The notes beneath the pieces were generated by a model. That model did not search any database, had not been told where the DNA came from, and worked only from the letters and a program-made list of their open reading frames with translations. Made by a program: the position numbers and the translations under genes. A stretch of DNA of 64,000 nucleotides from NCBI RefSeq assembly GCF_006345805.1, contig NC_043001.1, positions 113,460,001-113,524,000 on the forward strand, read 5' to 3'. Below, one piece after another: positions 13,521-27,129 of this stretch; position 1 is the first letter of the stretch; every line of letters begins with the position of its first letter. The stretch is from Octopus sinensis (lineage: Eukaryota).

Positions 13521-13984
13521 CTTACGTACATGTTGACTCGGGAAGGATCTTTGATACTTTTACAAACATACACACACACACACATACATTCACACACACG
13601 CGCACACACACACACACAAACACACGTACTCACGTATATACACGCACACACATACATATATATGTATGGATACATATTTATATGCATGCATTCCCTTACA
13701 CATCACACATACAATGCATAATGGTGTGTGTATATAACGTTTCAAAAACATTATAACAATGTATCGTATTCTCTTTATCTACAAAAGATTCATTGTCTAG
13801 CCAAACGCACACTCTTGAAAATAAAAGCTGATCTTTGGACATCTTTACGGGATCTCCTCCCTCTGTCTCTCTTTCTCTTTCTCTCTTTCTGTACCTTTCT
13901 TTCTTTCTTTCTTCCTTTCTTTCCTTTCTCCCTGTCTCTCTCTGTAAATAGCTCTTTCCTGATATATATATATATATATATATA

Positions 13985-14015
<31 letters not shown>

Positions 14016-14758
14016 TCACAAGAACTGATGGTAACTCTATATCGTATTATTTGGAAGCTATTTTTCTTTCAACATTTACGCTATGCCAGAAATGTCTGTA
14101 ATCAGCCAAACGGTTCCAAAATTTCTCGGCAAATTTTGGAACGAAGAGATAAAGTAGTGAATGTGAAATTGGTAAATATCTATATATCTGTTTAGGATGA
14201 GCAACAAAAGACAACGAGGAGTCAGAGGTGGAAGATGGGGGGAAATCGGTGAAACAGATGAAAAAGGAGAGAGAGAGAACAAAATACCCCCAAAATACAA
14301 AGACAAAATACTAGAAAGAAATGAAAATAAAACATTTAGTGCCAAATTTCAAAGCGATGCTAACAATCAATATGTTTGGCTTCCTCGTTCTTTTATCGAA
14401 TGTCTATATTTAAAACAGATTTGTTTATATAATTTTGTTATTATTTGGAAACGGTTAACTTTGCACAAGTATTCTATTCTAAGAAAGTACTTCTCTAGTT
14501 ACATAGATAAAAATTGCGAAACAAAAAAAGAACAAAAATGTAAGCAAAGTATTAATAATGAACAAAACGAAATTTAAGCAACAAAAACAACAAAGGATTA
14601 TTTTGTCTGTGAAGTTTTATTCATCTTTTTATTATTTTATATTTAATTATATTCTTAGAGGAGTATTCCATTTTCCCATTATAGAGGTAAAATAGGATTG
14701 TAATGAGAAATGACAGCAGTGTCATGGACATTACGTCAAAGTATATCATTTGGAGAGA

Positions 14759-14936
14759 TACTCTTTTACTCTTTTACTTGTTTCAGTCATGTGACTGCGG
14801 CCATGCTGGAGCACCGCCTTTAGTCGAGCAAATCGATCCCGGGACTTATTGCTTGTCTCTTTTGCCGCTAAGTGACGGGGACTTAAACACACCAGCATCG
14901 GTTGTCAAGCGATGTTGGGGGGGGGGACAAACACAG

Positions 14937-15016
<80 letters not shown>

Positions 15017-15188
15017 ACATATATACGACGGGCTTCTTTCAGTTTCCGTCGACCAAATCCACTCACAAGGCTTTGGTCGGCCCGAGGCTATAGTAGAAGA
15101 CACTTGCCCAAGGTGCCACGCAGTGGGACTGAACCCGGAACCATGTGGTTGGTAAGCAAGCTACTTACCACACAGCCACTCCTACGTC
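14759..15188 (-). mobile_element. SINE family A, near full length
   Basis: Minus strand: gtggctgtgtggtaag (A box) ... gggttcagtcc (B box) ... (TA)n ... cagtcacatgactgaaacaagtaaaagagtaaaagagta tail. Confidence 0.92.
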
Positions 15189-15402
15189 TATGTGTTCTGT
15201 ATCCCTCATTTTATGACTGGTATTTAATTGTGTACGTCAGGAAAAAAATAAGTGAGATAAATTATCCCTTATAATCCCGCATCTTTATAAATTGTTTATT
15301 AAATAGCAAGAACAAGAAAATGACCTAGAATTCGACATTTCTGATAATGATTCTTAAGCCATTATTTGTATTCACTGGTAAGACGACAAACTGAGAGACA
15401 CG

Positions 15403-15560
15403 CTAGAGCGCCGGGCAAAATGCTTAGTGGCATTTGTTCCGGTTTTACTTCTGAGTTCAAGTTCAAATTCCGCTCTGGACGACTTTACATTTCATCCTTT
15501 CGGGGTCGAGCAAATAAGTAGCAGTTAAACACTGGGGTTGATGTAATTGACTAATCCTCT
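15403..15560 (+). mobile_element. SINE family B, degenerate
   Basis: cgccgggcaaaatgcttag...gagttcaa...tttcatcctttcggggtcga. Confidence 0.75.
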
Positions 15561-16336
15561 CCACCAGATTTCCAGGCCGTGTGGCTATGTAATTGTATTC
15601 GATGTTAACCCTTGTAGCACCTTGAAATAATTAAGTTTTTGATATGTTAAGTACCATCCAGTGAAGTTTATTTAGGTTCTTGATAGAAGAAATAGATTTA
15701 TCCATATTACCCGACGTTTTGAGTTTTACATCCCATAATATTTGTATTTAGTAAATATATATTTTTGTAAAGTATACAACTTATGTATGTATGTATGTAT
15801 GTATGTATGTATGTATGTATGTATGTATGTATGTCTCTTCTATTCTTTAATTATTATAAATCTTCCACTGAGGAGAGAGTCGGTTTTCAACAAAGATACA
15901 AGGCTCTATCAAATTCACATTTGGAACTTGAGAAAAGTCTTTCATATTTCTACTGTTCCACTCACAGATTGCACATGTAATGCATAAATTAGCCGGTCGA
16001 TTTTCCATTCTGAAAATCCCAGTTTATCCAGATTCTCCTTTATGCATTTAATAACAAAACGTTAGGAGAAGGTCACTTTAATATGAAAGCGGATATGCGA
16101 GGAATGACACTGAACATCTTGGGGGGTGGGGTAGCTTGTATTTGAGATCATTATGCTCCCACACCCCTGAGACTGCGACCCATAATGTCATTGGATATCT
16201 TGCTTAATCTTGTCTATGGATCATACCAATAGGGTGGAGAGGGTCGATGATGCTGCGCAAGCCTTTATGGACCTAAAGTTTTACACTTTCTCAATGATGA
16301 TCTTACTACGAGTTGACAGCCACCATGTACACACAC

Positions 16337-16416
<80 letters not shown>

Positions 16417-16675
16417 GTATATCAAGTTTTTGTATACACATTAGTGATTCGCTAAATCATCATTTTTACGGGTAAATACATATGTATACAATTATGTGCT
16501 TTAACTACAGCATTAGAGCTTTTTAGCTCTTATTTCTAGCAATGTAGGTGTTCTAACATCCTACTCATATTAAGTGACAATTATAGTTTTCCTTTTTCGT
16601 AACACATTGCACACGGTTGTCTACATTGATTTCCGTATATTCATTTGTTACACGCTTTTTTGAATTATATATATA

Positions 16676-18567
16676 CTAGCTGAAGGTGACCCGCTCTACG
16701 CGCTGGTAAGAGTGTAGTTGTTACTTTCTGTTGCTTCCTTTCAGCACGTAAAAAGCACCATCCGGACGTGGCTGAATGCAGTGCCGCCTTGACTGGCTTC
16801 TGTGCTGGTGGCACGTAAAAAGCACCAACCGATCGTGGCCGCTGCCAGCCCCCCTGGCACCTGTGCAGGCGGCACGAAAAAGCACCCACTACGCTCTAAG
16901 AGTGGTTGGTGTTAGGAAGGGCATCCACCTGTAGAAACACTGCCAGATCAGACTGGAGCCAGGTGCAGCCTCCTGGATTCCCAGACCCCTGTCAAACTGT
17001 CCAACCCGTGCTAGCACAGAAAACAGACGTTAAGCGATGATGATGATGATTCTCCCTCTTTGTTTCTCTCTCCTTTCTCTCTCACTTTCCCACTCTCTTA
17101 CTCTTCCTTTCTCTCGGACTCTCCCTCGCTTTCTCTTACTCTCTATCTTTATCTATCTCTCTCCCATTTATAAACAACAAAAGATCTTGAGTAAGTTGAG
17201 AAATAAAATATTTAGAAAGATCAATCATAAATATCAGGCAGTAACAACGGAAAGGTCTGCTTCAAGGCAGACAGCAAAACACTAACATTTAAAAGGGACA
17301 GACGAACTTGCGAGCTGAATAAAAATAATAAAATATTGGAAACCAAAGTTTGAAGGGATAGAATTTGAGGATAGTAGAGTCACCATGGCTGGCATTTCTT
17401 AACGACGGACAGCAACGTATTGAAAGTTTAACGGCTGGCGTAAAATTATGAACTTGATGTAAAAGAAAATCCCTAAAAACCAAGTTTTGAATTGATTCTT
17501 TCTCACGACAGTAGACTCACGATGCAAGCATTCAACACTTCTTCATGATGGACAGCAACACATTGGCGATTAAAAGGCTGGCGCAAATTTTTTAGCTTGA
17601 TGTAACAGAGAATTGCTAAACACCCGCTCCTTTAAATTTTAATCCCCTTCCAGCCCCATTTAGACCCCTTTTCACATTTTGGTTAATATAACCCGATTTC
17701 ATTTGGGTCTACTGGGGCCACATTTTATAAGATAAGGACTCAACCAAGTTTGCCTTTCTCGCTTGTTTTCCATGCTCAATGTGCCCTTGTAAACACATCT
17801 CATCTCTGTAAGACCCTAGTCGGTCACGCATACATAGAGAAAGTTGTTTGTCCCTTACAACGCGCCAGCATGCCACACTTTTGTTCCTGCACGACCGAGG
17901 CATATAATAGCTCAAGCACTGGCTGGCAGCCTCAGCCTTACCGCATTAATCACTGGGATATTCAATACTGTACACTGTATTTCAGCCTAGCAAGACCTAT
18001 GCACTCATGCTCCTCTGTTCTGCACGTGTACTCCCTTGTTTTGCAACACGTCTGCGTCAGCTCAATTCTTCTCCCGACTCAAAGCACTTTGGATGTTCAC
18101 ATGCGCTGCGCTCATGTTTAGGCATAATTTCCCCCTGTTAGACCCCTGTTGGTCACGTAATTAACAGAGAAAATTATCTGTCTCGCACCCAAGTTGCACC
18201 CAAAAAGTGTAAAGAAGCAACCAGTTCCCTTTACGTAACTATCAAAAAGTATTAAAAAGTTTAATATACATAAATACAGATATATACACTTTGTATATAT
18301 ACATTATATATACATATTTATATATAAAAACACACACACACATGTATATAAAGGGGAGTGAGAGGGTAATATAGGAAATAGCGTGAGTGAGGAAGATGGC
18401 CCCTAGCAACCACACCTTTTAAGATAGGGATTTTAAGATAGGTAGCCCACTGGCATCGTCACCTCATTCTACATGTCCCTGTAAATTTTGGAGCGAATCG
18501 GACGGGTCGTAGTGGCATTGAAAGCGATCCAAGCGGTAAAAACGCATTTCAGTTTTATATATAGAGA
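16676..18567 (-). mobile_element. Non-autonomous Helitron, ~1.9 kb
   Basis: Minus strand starts A|TCTCTATATATAAAACTG (18567) and ends with a GC-rich subterminal segment plus CTAG|T (16676); no TSD. Confidence 0.7.
16745..17052 (+). mobile_element. RTE-related 3'-tail repeat ending in (GAT)n, nested in the Helitron
   Basis: gcacgtaaaaagcacc repeats, ttaggaagggcatcc, aaacagacgttaagc(gat)n. Confidence 0.7.
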
Positions 18568-19452
18568 TATATACAAGTATGTCATATTTTGCGTTTGTAG
18601 TCTTTTTATTTAATCCTGAATACACACACAGACACGCACACTTGTGCTTGTATGTGTTTGTGGGTGTATCTATCTATCGATCTATCTATCAACCTATCTT
18701 TTTTGTACATATTATATGCCAAGAAGTTAACTAAAGCGTCTTGGTTAAAGTTTTCGAACAGACCAATCACCAGTTCAGTGCACAAGAGAGTGTGTGCGGC
18801 TAAAACCAAAACAGCAATTGCAGAGTTTCTATCAAGCAAGATTTTATTTGATTTGAGCAGTGAAAGCGTGACAGAATTTTTAACTCTCTAAAACCTGTAT
18901 TCAACAGTAATTTCCAATTTATCTTGATGCTAGAGGGAGATTTCAAATTACGTCTTTGGTCGTCCTTGGTCATTCCTCATAATATACCACCCAGGTGGAA
19001 TTCATAACAATTTCACAGGGTTTTAAAAGTGATAAATTGAAGATATCGTTTGCATTATTCTTGGTGTTTTTAGCCAGTTTTAACCTCGGTTTCCAATTTG
19101 TCATACGTTTCTGCTTTACATCTTTCCCGTTCTTTTCACTTGATCTCCATGATATTAGTAAGCATATACTGAAGCATACTCACGCGCTCCACACAAATAC
19201 ATATTCACACGTTCATACTTAGCTATGTGCATATAGAGACACGTTACTTTCTGTCTAAGTCAATAAATATCTTATAGAAATTTTATTCTGACATTCTCTA
19301 AAGATCTTAACCCTTCCTGTATGTTTAATGTACCCGGTCACGTCATTTTAGTTTTTATTTTGTTTTTGTCTTTTTTCATACATTTTCATTATATTCTATG
19401 CTTTTAGGACTATCTCTTCCTAAAAATGTTTGTACCTTTGAATTGATACATG

Positions 19453-20623
19453 TTGGGTTGGCCAAAATCTCCGTTCGGTTTATGTCGACACTGAATTTGA
19501 CGAACTCTAATAAGCAACTAACTTCAGCCTGTCCATTGTGCATTCTCACTCATTAGATACTTGACGTTTCAGCGTAGTTGGCCGCCAACTCGTAAAGGGA
19601 CATGTTGTATTTTGTGTAATGAGGATCACCCAGAAAATGGAGAGCCAAAACGAAAATTACCGACACCTAATGCATCTTTTTTAAAAAACAAAAAGCCAAG
19701 AAAACGGAAGAAACCTGAAGGAAGATATGCATAATATCTGGAACTGATGCTGTTATGGAACGTGTGTGGCAGAGGTAGTTTTCAAGATTTAGACCGGGAA
19801 ATTTTTCGGTTGCTCTGTCCGGTTAACTGAGATTGACATCGACAAAATGAGGGAGTTAGTTGACAACAACCCCCGTTATTTGGTCGGGATGGTCGTAGAT
19901 ATTCTCAAAATATCTAAATCGAACGTTGAAAAACCATCTGCATCATCTTGCCTACTTCAGCAGGATGTATGTTTCCGTCCATCACCGACTGAATGAGGCT
20001 GACTTTGCTCAGCAGATTTCCATCTCCGATTATTTACAGAAACGTTAAGATAACAAGCTTTTTTGAAGAGAACTGTGTAGAACGAAAAATGGATTGTCTA
20101 CAACAATATGAAGTGAAAATGTACGCGAGGAAGCAACAGTTTCCAAAGCAGGACTTCACCCGAAGTAGGTTGTGCTTTATATTTGGAAGGATGTTGTATT
20201 TTACGAGTTTCTTCTGTACTGGGAGCAGTGGGACAAAGTAAACGCAGCGATCCACCAGAAGCGTCCAGCTTTTGCTAATTGTAAGGAGCATTGTGTTTCA
20301 TCATGACAATGCCAGACCGCACACATTTTTGCAGACTTGGCAGAAGTTACTGGAGCTTGTCTGGAAAGTTTTATTCCACATTCCATATTGGTCCAACGTC
20401 GGGCTCTTGGAATTTCACCTGTTTTGGTCTCTTCAAAATTCATTGAGCAGACCCTGGAGGGCTTTGTCGTTTGTAAAGACAGGAAAGTCTTTCAGTTGGG
20501 AATAATGTAACTGCTCCTAAAATAGTAGAAAATACTGGAACGAAACAATAATTATATCATTGATTGAATAAATCGCTTTGTATCAAATTTTCGCTTAAAA
20601 GGCCGGTGATTTTTGCTAACCAA
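19453..20623 (+). mobile_element. Decayed mariner transposon
   Basis: TIRs ttgggttggccaaaatctcc / ggtgatttttgctaaccaa; MESQNENYRHLMH, IVFHHDNARPHT...QKLLEL.WKVL.H.PY...FHLFWSLQNSL. Confidence 0.9.
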
Positions 20624-20877
20624 TACATCCATCCATCCATCCATCCACCCATACATACATACATACAAATCCTTGGATCTAGGCTAGAAACCGGCTCTTT
20701 CTCTTTTCTCTGTATATAATAGAGAAATACAAAATCTATCAATAGATAATGAGTAAAGAACGAGCACAGTTTTGATTACCTGTTGTTATCCGTAGATTTA
20801 TTGCAGGAATTTTGTAGTGGCGGTTGGGGTAACAGTATTAATAAAATAGGAGATGTAATGTGTAATATACTTTATTT

Positions 20878-20922
20878 GGGTACAACACATGCTTGGACCC
20901 GTTCTGGGTCTCGTCGGGTGCA
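20878..20922 (-). ncRNA. Decayed HHR-like motif
   Basis: Minus strand CCGACGA-GACCC agaac GGGTC-CAAG-CATGTGT; perfect 5-bp helix II, GAAA mutated. Confidence 0.45.
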
Positions 20923-21796
20923 TCAATAAAAAGTCTCACTAGAGATTTCTTGGGTCGGCTTACGTACCGCTTTATGCCCATCAAATTCGTGAATGAGTAA
21001 AAACAGAGAAACATTATTGAAACGCAAAAAATTCAAATACGAACGTGGAAAGTTTACATTCCAGTTTAGAGAAAATTACGCTGGAACACGACCAGTGTAA
21101 TTGTCTCCGTCCCTTTTCCTTCACATTAGTGAAACATTCATGTCGTTACTGCAATCAAAACCCGTTTTGTTCAGATGTGTATCGGCTTTTACTTTCAACC
21201 TCATACGGGTGGCAAATAGAGGAGAAAATACATTCAACGATTTCACGGTAAAACAAAGATTTTTCAAAACCAAATCATGTGAAGACAATAAATTGGATTT
21301 TTCAAATGGATGGTTTTACGATGTCGATCAGAGAGGTTTTCGAATTGTTAGCAAACTGACCCGTGAAAATCAGAATGCTGTAAACTTTAATCGACAGCAA
21401 CAAATAATATATTACCGCTAAACTCTTAACCAGTTGTTAAGTCATAGACGATTAAGGTTTGGAATATTTTTGGACCAAAATATTTTGGTGATCACGATGT
21501 TATATATTCGGAAACCCATTATGATGTATAAGGGCATATTTCATAACTTCTATTATTCAGTTTAAACATCAGTAAGCACATTCAACGCCTGTTGCAATGA
21601 AGAATTGATTCGTGATGTCCAAATTACTGTACGTCCGTCCTATTGTTGCAGAATAGTAGGAAGTTGATTACCTCGGCGCCATAGGTTAGCCATTAGCAGG
21701 CGTATCCAGTGTTAATTTCAAAGACACCAATTAGTTAGAGGTTTCTGATTGCAGTAGTAATTGTATTAGTATTAGTAGTAGTGGTAGTGGTAGTAA

Positions 21797-21883
21797 TTCT
21801 TCTTCTTCTTCTTCTTCTTCTTCTTCTTCTTCTTCTTCTTCTCTTCTTCTTCTTCTTCTTCTTCTTCTTCTTCTTCTTCTTCT
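21797..21883. repeat. (TTC)n microsatellite
   Basis: About 28 TTC units. Confidence 0.95.
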
Positions 21884-23231
21884 TGCTCCTTTTTCCTCCT
21901 CTACCTTCACTCCCGCCTCCTCTGTGTACCATATCTCCTCCATGCGTAGGCAATCACGGACCGCCATCCTCTCCTGTTCTCCACCCACACACAACTTGGT
22001 CAAGAAAGTTCTCTTCTCAGGCATGTGACGAAAGTTATGCCTCATATATATATATATATATATAGCCAAGAGATTAGATCCGCACGTATGGTGTACACAG
22101 GTGCACCATGTTAGTGCTGCTGGAAGAAGACACGGGGAATAAACAATAAAACTAACCGATTACTGGCGTCTCCGAGTATACCAACCTATTTGGAACACTT
22201 TGAGCTGGAATGTGGCGATGGCAGACGCATTCAGACCAGATTGCCTGTTTTCTGAACACTCAGAGGTACCTGCTGGTGTAATATTATTACAAGAGACTTT
22301 TTTCCTCTGAGTTGTAAAATTGCATACCACTTCCACCGGGATTCAGCGACACACTTACTCCCAGTCCCGCATTATCCATACAAGATTATCGACCAAGGTT
22401 TCCTCTGACGTCCAATATCGCCAAGTCTTTCTTTTCCAAAAGATCGAAACCCGGAAATTCTTTTCCTCCTATTCGCAAATATCAACTTACAAGAGGCATG
22501 AGACATTTTGGCATAGCCGTTTAGGTGTTGCGTATTTGGCATCGCTGGTTCGACTCAGGCTTATAATTTGGCATCAGACATTTTAATGCGTCTCTCATTC
22601 CCCGTCTCACTCTCACTTCATGTTTCTTTGTGTGAGCATATTTCTCTGTATGTACGTGAGTGTTAATGTCAATCGTATCAAATTAATGAATTGTAAAATC
22701 CATTTTTCTCCCTCACTATTTCTCAATGTTATCTGAACACATATATTTCTACGCGTGTGTACGTGTGTGTGTGTGTCTGTTTGCCTCTAGTGCTCAAACG
22801 TACTGTCGCCAAAACAGGTTGACTGACCAATCAGTCACGCAAAAATGTCAGTGTGCACCTAGTCCTCTCATTCCAATTTACAGTCATTCAAAATGGACAT
22901 CAATCTCATGAATGTCACGAGTCTTGGGGACAATGCCATCATAATGGACTCAAGATCTTTTCTCTTGACTAAACCACAGAAAAGCTCAACCTTACAACGA
23001 ATAAACAAAACAATACACTGATGAATAATAAACTAGAGTAAAAGAAGAATAGTAACTAACTGGCTCACAAGTGCTACGCGTACTAAACTGCGGCAGAGAA
23101 ATCGTAGAATCTACAAGCATTATGCGACCTTCATATATACTTTTCACTTGTCTACTTGACACCAAATCCCCAGGCATAAACATCGAAATTTAAAAATGAC
23201 GTATTTCGATGGCATTAAACAGCCGAATTGA

Positions 23232-23642
23232 GTTACTCTTTACTCTTTTACTTGTTTCAGTCATTTGACTGCGGCCATGCTGGAGCACCGCCTTTAGTCG
23301 AGCAACTCGACCCCGGGACTTATTCTTTTGTAAGCCCAGTACTTATTCTATCGGTCTCTTTTGCCGAACCGCTAAGTAACGGGGACACACTAGCATCGGG
23401 GGGACAAACACAGACACACAAACACACACATGCATAGATATATATATATATATACATATATACGACGGGCTTCTTTTCAGTTTCCGTCTACCAAATCCAC
23501 TCACAAGGCTTTGGTCGGCCCGAGGCTATAGTAGAAGACACTTGCCCAAGGTGCTACTGCCCAAGATGCCACGCAGTGGGACTGAACCCGGAACCATGTG
23601 GTTGGTAAACAAGCTACTTACCACACAGCCACTCCTGCGCCT
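23232..23642 (-). mobile_element. SINE family A, full length
   Basis: Head ggcgcaggagtggctgtgtggtaag and tail gactgaaacaagtaaaagagtaaagag on the minus strand. Confidence 0.92.
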
Positions 23643-23687
23643 ATATTGAGCTGAATATTTCTTCTGAATATATCCTGGACGATTGCA

Positions 23688-23863
23688 GGTAAGTTCACTG
23701 CCATTAATTCACCGCAGGGATAGTTCACTGCCGTCAATTCGCCGAGAAGAAAGTTCACTGTGTAGAAAGTTTACTGAGAAAATATATTCTTAGTATCTCA
23801 CCATTAATAGTTAAATACTATTTTATTGAAAAAAGACGGTGAATTGATGATGGCGAACTTACC
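23688..23863. mobile_element. MITE with ~27-bp TIRs and ~30-bp subterminal repeats
   Basis: ggtaagttcactgccattaattcaccg / cggtgaattgatgatggcgaacttacc; agttcactg recurs at 30-bp spacing. Confidence 0.55.
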
Positions 23864-24527
23864 GGACATGATCCTGGACACAACGCAGTCGTAATGCATC
23901 GTAAAATCCAGCAGTTGCCGAGTGTTCTATAGGACAGGTGACCCTGTGTTAATCCGTTTGTTGTGTCGAGTCCCAAGGCTTTAGTTGTGGAAGTAGAGCA
24001 GCCAAGGCATTCCTGAAAACACAATTCTGCTCGGACCGTGACAGATTCCTGTCAATTTGACTTGCTCATTACACGCTACACGAAGACGAGGTACTCAATG
24101 TTGCTCATTATATATCTCAACGGATTATTGAAATTACCCCGCTCCAAGATTTATCACCAGACGTACGCAGACAGGTGTCAGACGATGTATAGAAATTTTA
24201 GTGAAGACTAAACTACTATTAGTACACCAACCTATTGACTGAACTAAATTTATTTTGAATGACAAGATTGATTTTTATCCGCTTTGGATGTCACATAATT
24301 ATGACTAATGCTTCCAAGCAAGACAGATAGAAACTATGTGTGTGTATGTGTAAGTGTGTGGGGATGTGTATACGCGTATACATATGTATATAATTGTATT
24401 TACATAATTGTAGATATATATGTATAGACACACACGGACATATATATGCATATAAATAAACTTAAATATATAAATGCACCTATGCATACATATTTATATT
24501 ATGGTAAGATGAATGATATATAAATAC

Positions 24528-24570
<43 letters not shown>

Positions 24571-24883
24571 TATATATATATATATATATATAGATATATA
24601 AATACGTACATATATATATATATAATATATATATATATTATATATATATATATATATATATTATGTGAAATAGAAAGATGAATAATCTTGTAGTAGATTA
24701 ATCAAAAGATTAATCAAAAGATTAACCGATACCTTAGTAGCAAAAATCACAGCAGTAAACAGCACGGTTGGAGGTACAACCATATGGTGTTGCAACCGTG
24801 CGTTGGTGCGGATAATTGAAATTAAAACATTATTGGTGAATTGAAGAAATGGAGCTGAACGCAGATTGAACAGAAATCGTTTT

Positions 24884-24975
24884 ATTTCATTCTACACGTG
24901 TTTCGAAAGGCACAAATTACCAAAATCCGATTGAATAATGGGACCATATTGTGTCTTTCTCTTCAGGAAGAAAAT
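24884..24975 (-). ncRNA. Type I hammerhead ribozyme candidate with intact core
   Basis: AUUUUCUUC-CUGAAGA-GAAAGACACAA...UUGUGCCUUUC-GAAA-CAC GUG-UA^GAAUGAAAU; helix II 10/11 paired, helix I 8/9 paired, palindromic ACACGUGU helix III. Confidence 0.8.
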
Positions 24976-25059
24976 AGGAAATCCGTTGGAAAAACAAAAA
25001 CAGAACCGAGGCGGAGCAAAAACAAATCGATTCACCAATAATGTTTTATATATATTATA

Positions 25060-25092
<33 letters not shown>

Positions 25093-25148
25093 GATATATA
25101 TTATATATATATAATATATATATATATATATTATATATATAATATGTA

Positions 25149-25190
<42 letters not shown>

Positions 25191-25192
25191 TA

Positions 25193-25335
25193 AACGCAGG
25201 AGTGGCTGTGTGGTAAGTAGCTTGTTCAGTCCCACTGCGTGGCACCTTGGGCAAGTGTCTTCTACTATAGCCTCGGACCGACTAAAGCCTTGTGAGTGGA
25301 ATTGACAGACGGAAACTGAAAGAAACCTGTCGTAT
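25193..25335 (+). mobile_element. SINE family A, 5' half with small deletion
   Basis: gcaggagtggctgtgtggtaagtagcttg|ttcagtcccactgcgtggcaccttggg. Confidence 0.85.
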
Positions 25336-25921
25336 ATATATAAACAAAAAATAATACGAATATAAATACAAAAAACAACAATAATAATAATAACAGGACA
25401 TAACAACTGGCGTCTTTCGACTCAGACGAATACATATAAATACACATATAAGCACATACGTACTTACGTATTTGCATAGATATATGTATGCTTATATATT
25501 CATAAATATACACGCATACGTAAACACCCACCCACGTATTGGTTATAGAAATATATATGTTGCAAATATAACGAAAATATTTATCCATGCAAAGTTCTAG
25601 CAATGAACACATTGCAGTGAAAATATCCATCCTTAAAGTGATAATATATAATGTTGGCGTAAACAAAGAGATAATTGAGAATAAAGATACGCTATATGGA
25701 TATTTAATATAAATATATAAGCGTGTGTATTCTCTACGTTTTGCCCCACCTAAATTCAGTTTTGCAGTGAAATTACCTTTATAGAAATATAGACAAACAT
25801 AACCACATTTTGTATTGTCATCAGTGGGCAAAAAAATATAATAAAAAATAATATATAGACTTGCAACAAAAGGTTTTCTCTCCTTAAATGCACCAGGGGC
25901 GATTTAGCTTGTCATCCATTT

Positions 25922-26092
25922 ATGACTGTGTGGTAAGAAACTTGCTTCCCAACCACTTGGTTCCGGGTTCAGTCAAATGAGACCGATAGAATAAGTGCTA
26001 GGCTTTCAAAGAATAAGTCCCGGGGTCGATTCATTCGACTAAAGGCGGTGCTCCAGGATGGCTGCAGTAAAATGACTGAAACAAATAAAAGA
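25922..26092 (+). mobile_element. SINE family A, internally deleted
   Basis: Head joins 3' half directly at gggttcagtc|aaatgagaccgatag. Confidence 0.75.
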
Positions 26093-27129
26093 ATATCTAC
26101 ACACCACAAACACACACATATACGCACACACACGCACACATACTCTCTCACACACTTATGCACGCACACACACATACAAAGGTCTGTGAGTGTGTGTGTG
26201 TGTATGTGTGTACATGTGTTTGTATGTACACGTGTATATGTGTGACCTTGTGTGTACAAACATGGGTACATCTTTTATACATGATTATTAAATACATGTG
26301 AGCGTACAGATTTCCTCGTTTATGTTTTAGATTTCTTGTATTTTCTTATGGGCTTTTTGTAGTTATATTGGGACAATAAAACTCCTAAATTAAAATCCGA
26401 CGTTTTCAGACCTTCACAGTTTCAATTTCAAATGGTTTAACTTAGGTTTCTTTTGTTTCTCATATATGAATATGGTGTTTTTGATCGTTAGCTTCATATG
26501 TCAGCAGTCACAGGGACTAACAGATAACTAGGTTTGCTCGGCCAGGGTTGCCTGAGATCAAATGACAAAAAATCATCATTAATAGGTTTCAAGAGTATTA
26601 AGTAATGGCTTCGAGAAATTCTGTTATGCTTCTAACCCATATTCAGGTGCCGATACTTACTCTGAATTACACAAACACATAACTATATGATTCATCAATA
26701 AAATGTCTAGCAGTTCTCTTTTGCCCGATCAGAGTTAACCAAGGGAGCAACAAAAAGAAAAAAAAGATATAACAACGAAAACAACAATAACGACGTTGAC
26801 GACAACATGGTTATTATTTATAAAAATGATGTTTTAAAGATTATGCTGAAGGATTCACCATCTGATATGCTATGGCCAATATAACTTTGATAATATCAGG
26901 TCCAGCAGAAACCTGTTACAGCACACAGCAACGGTGACTTAACCATGAAATCATCATGCAGTGAACTGATCATGTGTTTTGCTGTAATGTTCTTTGCAAG
27001 GATGTGTGTGCTTTGAACTTCTCAGCCCCACCTACTATGAATAAATAAAATTGTTCTAAAGGTTTTCCACTCCGGAATCTCCATGAAAAAATGTGACTTG
27101 GTGTAGAAACATTATTAGAAGTTCTAGAG

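Noticed and set aside
14090-14577. Candidate exon 14090-14171 (NVCNQPNGSKISRQILERRDKVVNVKL) and the 126-aa ORF 14197-14577
   Set aside because: Plausible AG/GT ends but no recognisable homology; the next acceptor is only ~25 nt downstream, too short for a normal intron.
15860-15920. CTGAGGA...agagtc/ggctct stem
   Set aside because: GAAA is absent (CAAA) and helices I and III do not form.
22100-22586. GC-richer block that looks coding on the minus strand
   Set aside because: Frames are interrupted by stops and a homopolymer shift; no family motif recognised.
23690-23790. ~30-bp periodic repeats resembling a CRISPR array
   Set aside because: Only three degenerate units, no unique spacers, inside MITE inverted repeats in eukaryotic DNA.
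23870-24030. Possible R4/Dong-like LINE C-terminus on the minus strand
   Set aside because: Similarity rests on a few residues (LGNCWILR) and is too weak to call.
25405-25830. CTGATGA (about 25824) and tcGAAAgacgc (about 25418) on the minus strand
   Set aside because: About 400 nt apart with no closing helix II pair.
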